The notes beneath the pieces were generated by a model. That model ran no database searches, was not told the origin of the DNA, and saw nothing but the letters and a program-made list of their open reading frames with translations. Source: Thermodesulfobacteriota bacterium (GTDB lineage Bacteria; Desulfobacterota; Desulfobulbia; Desulfobulbales; S012-135). Taken from it: a stretch of 64,000 nucleotides of DNA. This document shows positions 57,194-64,000 of the stretch, piece by piece (positions within the stretch are counted from its first letter, which is position 1; each line of letters opens with the position of its first letter). The stretch is taken from assembly GCA_040755255.1 (NCBI GenBank), contig JBFLZZ010000004.1, positions 49,849 through 113,848 on the forward strand. Direction: 5' to 3'. Both the position numbers and the translations under genes were made by a program.

Positions 57194-58411
57194 TCAGCAG
57201 AAGCGGGGGGCAGCGGCGGGTTCCGCCGCTGCCTGGCAGGTCTGCCGGAGAATGAGGCTGGAGAGGGCCAGGCTGCCGCGGCGATCCGGTTCGAAAAAGG
57301 ACATGGCGGTGGAATAGCCGCCACCGGTTTCGGGGCGGCAGTGGACCACCCTGCCGGTGAGCGGCAGATAGGCATCGGGACCGATGATCAGCCTGGTTTC
57401 CAGCAGCGCCCCCGGCTCGAAGGAGCGGTCGCTTTCGAACAGGGCACCGCCGCCGCTCAGGTTGCGACAGCGGGCAATGCTGTCATCGCAGCCCCGGCCT
57501 CGCCCCGGCAGCAGCAACAGCATCTCGAAATCGCAGTCCACCCGGGTGTGGCGCCGTTTGCAGGGGGAAAAAAGGCAGATGCGGTTCTTGCCGGCCGCCT
57601 TGGCCCGGTACATGGCCTGATCGGCGTCGCGGAGCAGGGTTTCCGGCCCAGCGCAGTCGAAAGGGTAGGAGGCGAGGCCGCCGCTGATCGATACCCGGAT
57701 GGAGAAGCCATTGTACGCCACCGCCAGCTTTTCCACCTGACCGCGGATGCGTTCGCCCAGCGCCAGCCCCTGCTGTTTGCCGGTATGGGGAAGAAGCACG
57801 ACGATCTCTTCGCCGCCGTAGCGGGAAACGATGTCCTCCTGGCGCCTGGACGAGAGAAAAACCCCGGCGATCGCCCGCAGGACGGCGTCGCCGCCGGCAT
57901 GGCCGTAACGTTCGTTGACGTGGCGAAAATCGTCGATATCGAAGAACAGCAGAGACAGATCGGTTCCATGGCGGGTGGTCATCGACACTTCCCGCTCGAA
58001 CAGTTCGGCGAAAACCCGCCGGTTGTACAGCCCGGTGAGGTAATCGGTCCGGGACAGGGCGATGGTCCGCTCGTACCGCGACTGATCCACCAGTTTCATG
58101 TTGCGACTGGAGCCGGACACCACCGAAAAATAATCGCAGATGACCGTCTGCAGACTGACCGAGCGGCCGAGCCGCGAGCACATGAAACGGTGGTGATGGG
58201 ATATGAGGGTCCAGACGTTCTTCGCGTCCTGGGCGGGGATGGTCTGATCGCAGACGAGGCCGAGCAGCACGGCGTACACGCCGCTGCCGTGCTGTGCCGC
58301 CAGCTTCTCCAGCTTTGCCTCGAGCCCGTCGAAATCATCGAGCGACTGCGACAAAGTGGCAGCGACACCATTGAAGGAACCAACGGCTAACTGATCATTG
58401 TTGTTGGGCAT
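57194..58411 (-). CDS. Diguanylate cyclase (GGDEF) with a C-terminal PilZ domain
   Basis: The first ATG is at 58409-58411 (the track ORF starts at TTG 58417). GGDEF core DYLTGLYNRR...FFDIDDFRHVNERYGHAGGD...RYGGEEIVVLL...AMYRAKAAGKNR. PilZ-like RRHTRV...GGGALF. Confidence 0.85.
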   Translation of the reverse strand: MPNNNDQLAVGSFNGVAATLSQSLDDFDGLEAKLEKLAAQHGSGVYAVLLGLVCDQTIPAQDAKNVWTLISHHHRFMCSRLGRSVSLQTVICDYFSVVSGSSRNMKLVDQSRYERTIALSRTDYLTGLYNRRVFAELFEREVSMTTRHGTDLSLLFFDIDDFRHVNERYGHAGGDAVLRAIAGVFLSSRRQEDIVSRYGGEEIVVLLPHTGKQQGLALGERIRGQVEKLAVAYNGFSIRVSISGGLASYPFDCAGPETLLRDADQAMYRAKAAGKNRICLFSPCKRRHTRVDCDFEMLLLLPGRGRGCDDSIARCRNLSGGGALFESDRSFEPGALLETRLIIGPDAYLPLTGRVVHCRPETGGGYSTAMSFFEPDRRGSLALSSLILRQTCQAAAEPAAAPRFC

Positions 58412-58794
58412 ATACAACTGCCGTGCATCTTTTCCGGCAACGGATTTATCGTGAGCGACAGGGGCAGATGACCTGTCGTTGGGGGTTTTCCCCCTTTTTC
58501 GGCGAACTATGCCCCATCAGAGAAAGAATATCAAGTGCAGGAACAACAAAATGGCCGATCGCCCGCCGGCTTCACGCAAGCGCAAGCCAGGAGAGGTTCC
58601 CCTTTCCTTTTCCGGCAAAATCTGGCAAACAGGTAAGCGTTCCGCAGCGTCACATCTTCGGACGATGAGTACGCGCAAACGGTGGAACGGTCGGACGCCG
58701 CCTCCGGGTCCGTGCGCTCCCCGACCTGCACCAGCGCCGCCGCGGCTCCGTCCACCCTTGCGGCTCCCGGTCACCAGCGAGGCGATCCTGCCCT

Positions 58795-59814
58795 ATGTAT
58801 CTGTCCTACATCCACTATTTCCGTGCCGTCGCCATCACCCTCATCGTGCTCGGCCACGCCATCTACGTCGGCCACTGGCGGATCGACAACTGGGGGGCGA
58901 AGCTGGTGATGAACGCGGTGAGCAACGCCACCGTGTATTTCGTCTTCATCTCCGGATTTCTCTTCCACCACATCTACGCCCACAAGTTCGGCTTCGGGAA
59001 GTTCCTGACCACCCGCATCAAGAACGTCCTCTCCCCCTATCTCGCCCTGTCGGCTCTCCCGCTCGCGCTGATCATCCTCACCGGCGACCGGCTGCCCCTC
59101 GTGCCGGAACGGTTCTACGCAACCCCCTGGCACACCCTGATCTACTTCCTGCTCACCGGCTGCACCTTCCAGCCCTTCTGGTACATCCCGATGGCGATGC
59201 TCCTCTACCTGCTGGCGGTTCCCATCCTGAATCTCAGCCGGAGCGTCTGGTTCCCCATGGTCATCGGTGCCCTGCTCACCCTGGCCTGCGTCGTCCACCG
59301 GCCGATGTTCAACCTCAACCCCCTGCACGCCTTCGTCTATTTCCTGCCGGTCTACCTGCTCGGCATCTGGGCCTCGATCCACAAGGAATGGCTGCTGCCC
59401 TGGCTGGAGAAGCACGTCCTGTACCTGCTGGCCGGAGGCCTGCTGTTTTCCGCCCTGCAGACCGGCTTCTCCCCGGTGGTGGGTAACTATCACAAGTACC
59501 TGTTCCAGACGGCGCCGCTCGACCTCAACCTGCCGGGAAAGATCTGCTTCATCGGGGTGATCATGGTCGGGCTGCGCCGGCTGGAACATCGGAACATTCC
59601 GCTGCTGAACGCAATCGCCGACTACAGTTTCCCCATCTACTTCCTGCACAGCATGGTGCTCGACCTCATCGACCGCCGCTCCCTGTGGCCCTTTTCCGAC
59701 AACTTCCCGCAGGTGCTCCTGCTCACCGTCTTCCTGATGGGAGCGTCGGTGGCGTTGGCCGCGCTGATCAAATTCCTGTTCGGCAAGACGAGCCGGTATA
59801 TCATCGGGTATTGA
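58795..59814 (+). CDS. Acyltransferase family 3 membrane protein
   Basis: IHYFRAVAITLIVLGH...VYFVFISGFLF..., 10 or so TM segments; 339 aa. Confidence 0.85.
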   Translation: MYLSYIHYFRAVAITLIVLGHAIYVGHWRIDNWGAKLVMNAVSNATVYFVFISGFLFHHIYAHKFGFGKFLTTRIKNVLSPYLALSALPLALIILTGDRLPLVPERFYATPWHTLIYFLLTGCTFQPFWYIPMAMLLYLLAVPILNLSRSVWFPMVIGALLTLACVVHRPMFNLNPLHAFVYFLPVYLLGIWASIHKEWLLPWLEKHVLYLLAGGLLFSALQTGFSPVVGNYHKYLFQTAPLDLNLPGKICFIGVIMVGLRRLEHRNIPLLNAIADYSFPIYFLHSMVLDLIDRRSLWPFSDNFPQVLLLTVFLMGASVALAALIKFLFGKTSRYIIGY

Positions 59815-59910
59815 GGCGGGGCGGGCAAGGCTTCCTGGGAAGCTTGGAAAATTTTCTTAGACAACCCATAGCCAAGGAAGTCAACCATACCTTCCTCGGT
59901 GGAATGATAG

Positions 59911-60087
59911 GTGTCAAAGCTTATTTTAACCGGAAACTTAAAGTTGAACATCGATGCTGGCCAAGGTAAAATCATTCTCTACGAGGCCGAAGGTTCATAA
60001 ACCACACTAGATAAGCATCTTCCGAATGAAACGGTCTCGTTGACCCAAGCGCATATGGTCGAATTATTCAGAGAAACTTGTGAGTAA
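59911..60087 (+). pseudogene. Remnant of a RhuM-family gene (N-terminal about 55 codons, internal TAA, then truncated)
   Basis: One frame reads ...GKIILYEAEGS*TTLDKHLPNETVSLTQAHMVELFRETCE*. RhuM proteins begin ..IV.YQ.EDG...I.V.L..ETVWLTQ.QMAELF.. as I recall. Confidence 0.5.
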
Positions 60088-60179
60088 AGGCCAGATCCCC
60101 GCCAAGCCAACGAGGAGCAAACAGAGATACCAGATGAAGGTGAACGCGAGAGCGAAAATCCCCCTTCTCAATTGGCTTC

Positions 60180-62324
60180 ATGAGATCTCACAGGGATGAA
60201 TCAGTGAATTTGCTGTCAGATCTCCCTCTTCGCCTATCCTATCGCTCGGGCCGGGATTACTTGGTAAGGGATTTTTTTATTCCCTGCCTAGAAGCATCCA
60301 TCCTTTATCGACGGGCGGCGGGCTACTTCACCAGTGCCGGTTTGGCTTTGGCGGCACGCGGTGTGGCAAGTCTGGCGTCACGTGGTGGCAAGATGCGTTT
60401 GGTGGTCTCGCCATTTTTGGATCCAGATGATGTAAAAGCCTTAGAATCAGCGACAAAGAACCCTGACAAGGCATTGAGGGCTATTGTAGCAAAAGGCTTG
60501 GCTGACCTTGAGGATGCTTTGGTCAAAGACCGGCTCAACGCCTTGGCTTGGTTGGCGGCAGCTGGCCTGTTGGAAATCAAACTGGCCCTTCGTCTCGATC
60601 AACGGGGTGGTTTTTCAAAGGGAATTTTTCACGAGAAGACGGGAATCTTCACTGATGGCGCAGAAAATCATGTAACGTTCTCGGGTTCATCAAATGAGAC
60701 CGCTGGTGGATTGCTGGAAAACTTCGAGAGCATAAAGGTTTTTTGTTCTTGGAAAGATAGAGAAAGACGGGTAGAAGAAGAGATCGAAAATTTTGAAGCG
60801 CTGTGGAGTGATTCAACACCAGGTCTGAAGGTTATCGAATTTACTGCTGCTGGGCGGGAGTTGTTGGAACGTTTTCGGGATGTAAATAAACCACCTGCTG
60901 GTTTGTCAATTCATAAAATTACGGATTATGCTTCGTCAGCGGAGTTTCGACCGCCCCACAGTTTCGAGCTTCGCCCTTACCAGGCAGATGCCATTCGAGC
61001 CTGGAGCAAAGCCGGCGGAAAAGGTGTCTTTGCCATGGCCACGGGGTCGGGTAAAACATTGACCGCCCTGGCATTGGCCAGCAAGGTGGCAGAAAAAAAC
61101 AAGCCGTTGGTTGTCATTGTCGTCTGCCCCTTCATTAATCTTTGCCGTCAATGGATCAGAGAAATGGCGACCTTCGGTCTTCGGCCTGTTGCCTGCTTTG
61201 AAGGTAGAGAACGATGGCAAGACGAGCTTGAAGAAGGCTACCAGCGGGTTGCGGTTGGGCTCTCGCAGGTTCATGCCCTTGTCGCCACCAACGCTACCTT
61301 CCAAAGCGATAGTTTTCAGTCTCGTATTCGGTCGCGAGTTTCTTCGGGGGCGCTTCACCACCTGTTGATTGCCGACGAGGTTCACAACCTTGGGGCGGAA
61401 CGTAGCAAGGAGGCACTTCCTGAGGGAATCGTCATGCGCCTGGGGTTGTCAGCGACACCCGAGCGCCACTTCGATCCTGTCGGCACTCAAGCTGTTTTGG
61501 ATTATTTTGGCGGGGCTGTTTTTGAATATCCCCTATCAAGGGCCATAGCCGATGGGCGTCTCTGCCGTTACCGGTACTATCCTGTCCCAGTGGAATTGAC
61601 CGATGATGAGACCGCCGAATACGAAGAAATCACATTGAAACTTGCCCGCTTTTTTCGTGGGGGAGATACCGATGAAGAGATTGAAAATGCGGCCATGCGT
61701 CTGCTTATCAAGCGGGCGCGTTTGCTCGCTGGGGCCAAGAATAAGCTTGATGCTCTCGACCAGGTGATTGGCACCTTGCCCGAACCACCAAAGGGGGCCA
61801 TTTATTATTGCGGAGACGGGCGGACTACGGATACGATTGCCGAGGAGGAGGTCCGCCAAATTCAGGCGGTTGCCCGATTGCTTGGCGAAAAGCATGGGTT
61901 GCGGGTGAGAAATTTTACTTACCGCGAGACGACTCAGGATCGGGAAGAAATCCTGCGGGATCTCAGCAGTGGCTTTTTGGATGGTGTGGTTGCCATCCGT
62001 TGTCTGGACGAGGGGATTGATTTGCCTGACTTGAGAATGGGCTTTCTGTTAGCCAGTTCCACAAATCCCCGGCAATTTGTCCAGCGTCGTGGTCGGCTTC
62101 TCAGAAACGCCCCCGGGAAAAGTCGTGCGATTATTTATGATTTCATCATCCATCCACCAGATCTCGGAGGCAGGATCGATGACGATGGCTTCAACATGGA
62201 GCGGTCGTTTTTTCAAAAGGAATTGAGCCGGATCGTTGAGTTTTGCCGCATGGCAGAGAACGGGCCGGAAGCGCTGCATTCCCTGCATGAATTGCGTTTG
62301 AAATACAATCTTCTTTCGGAGTAA
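60180..62324 (+). CDS. PLD-family (HxK) nuclease domain fused to an SF2 DEAH-type helicase (type III restriction Res-like)
   Basis: N-terminus: RRAAGYFTSAGL and HEKTGIFTD...FSGSSNET (H151 at 60630). Helicase motifs: I AMATGSGKT (61038-61058), II LIADEVHN (61374-61385), III LGLSATP, VI QRRGRLLR. The exact start is uncertain (no SD at 60180). Confidence 0.85.
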   Translation: MRSHRDESVNLLSDLPLRLSYRSGRDYLVRDFFIPCLEASILYRRAAGYFTSAGLALAARGVASLASRGGKMRLVVSPFLDPDDVKALESATKNPDKALRAIVAKGLADLEDALVKDRLNALAWLAAAGLLEIKLALRLDQRGGFSKGIFHEKTGIFTDGAENHVTFSGSSNETAGGLLENFESIKVFCSWKDRERRVEEEIENFEALWSDSTPGLKVIEFTAAGRELLERFRDVNKPPAGLSIHKITDYASSAEFRPPHSFELRPYQADAIRAWSKAGGKGVFAMATGSGKTLTALALASKVAEKNKPLVVIVVCPFINLCRQWIREMATFGLRPVACFEGRERWQDELEEGYQRVAVGLSQVHALVATNATFQSDSFQSRIRSRVSSGALHHLLIADEVHNLGAERSKEALPEGIVMRLGLSATPERHFDPVGTQAVLDYFGGAVFEYPLSRAIADGRLCRYRYYPVPVELTDDETAEYEEITLKLARFFRGGDTDEEIENAAMRLLIKRARLLAGAKNKLDALDQVIGTLPEPPKGAIYYCGDGRTTDTIAEEEVRQIQAVARLLGEKHGLRVRNFTYRETTQDREEILRDLSSGFLDGVVAIRCLDEGIDLPDLRMGFLLASSTNPRQFVQRRGRLLRNAPGKSRAIIYDFIIHPPDLGGRIDDDGFNMERSFFQKELSRIVEFCRMAENGPEALHSLHELRLKYNLLSE

Positions 62325-62327
62325 GAG

Positions 62328-62522
62328 ATGGATTCAATGCCACCACCAGAAGAACAAACAAAAGTCCTCACCCACGCCCAGGAGATTTTTAAGGGTGCGA
62401 AGCCGGAGTATCAAACTCTGATTCGGGATATCCTCAAGGAAGAGCGTGACGTCATGCACCTCAAGCGGCGTCATGAGATTCATCAGCGTCTTTATGACCA
62501 TATTCGCCGGGTGATCAAATGA
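62328..62522 (+). CDS. Small helical protein (64 aa), function unknown
   Basis: GGAG RBS. Starts 3 nt after the helicase stop, and its TGA overlaps the ATG of the next gene (ATGA). Charged and basic (…KRRHEIHQRLYDHIRRVIK). Confidence 0.55.
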   Translation: MDSMPPPEEQTKVLTHAQEIFKGAKPEYQTLIRDILKEERDVMHLKRRHEIHQRLYDHIRRVIK

Positions 62523-64000
62523 TTCTAGAACGTCTCGTCCTTGAAAATTTTCGCCAGTTTAAGGGTCGGCAGGAGCTTGTGTTTTCAGATCTCCGGGAAC
62601 GAAATGTCAACATTGTTCATGCCGAGAATGGTTTTGGTAAAACCACCCTGCTCAAGGCCCTGCTCTGGGGACTTTACGGGAGAGATGGTTTGCTGGGCAC
62701 CGATGGCAAGTCCGACGACTTTGAGAAACCTGACCGCATCGTCCACGAAGGGATGGCGCATCGGGCCAAGGACCCGAATGCCATTGCCGCAATGGTGCAG
62801 ATTACTTTTAAGCACGACACGGATCGCTACATCCTCACTCGCCAACTTACGTTGGCCCAACAGAATCTGAATTCAAAGCAGGCCACACTGTCGCTTGAGG
62901 TCATGCGCGATGGGCAAACCTTTGTCCAGGATCGGCCGCAGCAACGCATTGAAGCCATCATTCCAGACGGTATTCGTCGTTTTTTGTTCTTCAATGGTGA
63001 ACGAATTAATTATCTGGCCATGGAGGAGAACAGCTCTCAAGTAACCGATGCCATCCAGCAGATGCTTGGTTTGAAACTCCTTCGGACGACCATCGATGAT
63101 CTCAAGCATCAAAATGTCCGGGGCAAGCTTCGCAATGAACAGAAGGATGCAACCAGCGAAGAAAAACGAGAACTCATTGAACGGCTTTCCAATCTTGAGG
63201 AAGAGATCCAGGAGTTGGAGGAGAGCCGTCGCCAGGCGCTCGTCAATTTGAAAGCAATTGGCGCCGAGCTTGTATCGGTGGACAACAAACTTGCGGCCAA
63301 TCGTGAGGCTCAAGAGCTTCAAGCGAAGCGCATTCGACTGACGAATGAGAAAGAGGAATTGGCAGCCCGTCGTGACGAAGCCGTGCTTCGATTGCAGAAG
63401 CTTATCTCTGAAGACGGTTACACCCTTTTTACCTCTGGTCTCCTTTGCCGTGGCCGGGAGATTGTCGGACGGTTGCGCAGTGAAGGGAAGATTCCCGCCC
63501 GTGTATTGAATACCTTCCTACAAGAGCTCCTTGATAGCGGCAATTGCATTTGCAAACGTTGTTTAGCCGAAGGAACAGAGGAACGTGCTGCGGTTGAGAG
63601 CCTTCTCACCATCGCAGGTGATCAGGACTTCAATAACGCTGTGGGTGCACTTGATCATGCCATGGGGGTAATCGAAGGAGTAGCAAGGCAAACTGAGGAG
63701 CAACTGCGACAGCTCTATATTGAACGGCTGGAATTTATACGAGAAATTCGTAATCTTGACGAGGAACTAGAAGAAATTCACCAAGTCCTTGGAGGCAAAA
63801 AGGACGAAGAGGTTCAGCACCTGGAAGAAAAACGCAAGGAGCTTCAGCTCAGTCGTGACGCCCAGCATGCCGAATCCGGCCGTATCGGTGGGAAAATCGA
63901 GAACGCGGAAGAGGAAAAGAGCGTACTCGAAGAACAGATTCGTCACATTAAAGACAAGGAGGATGCGGCTGCCCGTGCTCAGCGCCGGGTTGATGCCGTG
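62519..64000 (+). CDS. DndD/Rad50-like SMC-family coiled-coil ATPase, N-terminal 494 codons (runs off the window; not in the supplied ORF track)
   Basis: My own translation from ATG 62519 has no stop to 64000: MILERLVLENFRQFKGRQELVF...NIVHAENGFGKTTLLKALLWGLYG (Walker A) ...RRFLFFNGERINYLA (DndD-like), then heptad-rich E/K/R/L sequence with CICKRC at 63545-63562. Confidence 0.85.
   Translation, partial: MILERLVLENFRQFKGRQELVFSDLRERNVNIVHAENGFGKTTLLKALLWGLYGRDGLLGTDGKSDDFEKPDRIVHEGMAHRAKDPNAIAAMVQITFKHDTDRYILTRQLTLAQQNLNSKQATLSLEVMRDGQTFVQDRPQQRIEAIIPDGIRRFLFFNGERINYLAMEENSSQVTDAIQQMLGLKLLRTTIDDLKHQNVRGKLRNEQKDATSEEKRELIERLSNLEEEIQELEESRRQALVNLKAIGAELVSVDNKLAANREAQELQAKRIRLTNEKEELAARRDEAVLRLQKLISEDGYTLFTSGLLCRGREIVGRLRSEGKIPARVLNTFLQELLDSGNCICKRCLAEGTEERAAVESLLTIAGDQDFNNAVGALDHAMGVIEGVARQTEEQLRQLYIERLEFIREIRNLDEELEEIHQVLGGKKDEEVQHLEEKRKELQLSRDAQHAESGRIGGKIENAEEEKSVLEEQIRHIKDKEDAAARAQRRVDAV

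Noticed and set aside
60124-60195. 21-codon upstream mini-ORF (MKVNARAKIPLLNWLHEISQG) overlapping the start of the PLD-helicase gene
   Set aside because: It is too short and has no supporting conservation evidence. It may only indicate that the true start of the helicase gene is uncertain.

Overview
This is a high-GC chromosomal window (well above 60% G+C by eye). Gene content and order suggest a Desulfuromonadales/Geobacter-type deltaproteobacterium; that taxon call is an inference. Core content, left to right:
- an ABC-F gene tail
- a Cys-rich ORF, mvhD-like gene, rhodanese and hdrA-like (1026 aa) redox cluster
- a 2011-aa modular secreted protein (SBBP propeller, about 75-aa tandem domains, two RCC1 propellers, dockerin)
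- blc translationally coupled to a PAS hybrid histidine kinase
- a LysE exporter and a tandem HD-GYP protein
- glnA and glnD
- a complete flagellar operon on the minus strand (fliL-M-N-O-P-Q-R-flhB-A-F-G-fliA-cheY plus a fliL-like gene) behind a textbook sigma-54 promoter
- DUF362, maf and a MacAB-type ABC efflux set
- an unusual cNMP / sigma-54-AAA+ / NapH-like membrane FeS fusion
- prfC, a yqeY-like gene, a SMUG-type uracil glycosylase, an FAH hydrolase, an aldo-keto reductase, a SpmA/B-like transporter, a GGDEF-PilZ protein and an acyltransferase-3 gene.

Two AT-richer accessory patches stand out:
1. About 17.5-22.2 kb holds a REP-like palindrome cluster with a REP-associated Y1 transposase, a free-standing Abi/UG-like reverse transcriptase, a Rap1a/Tai4-like periplasmic protein and a zinc-ribbon ORF. 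It also holds an ORF-less group II intron-like ribozyme with a near-consensus domain V.
2. About 59.8-64.0 kb, cut by the window end, holds a RhuM gene remnant followed by a PLD-nuclease/SF2-helicase fusion, a 64-aa ORF and a DndD/Rad50-like coiled-coil ATPase. This looks like a candidate defence cassette.

I also flag a possible selenocysteine (in-frame TGA) Cys-rich gene next to the hdr cluster. No rRNA, tRNA or CRISPR array was found. All family calls rest on motif recognition by eye, not on searches.
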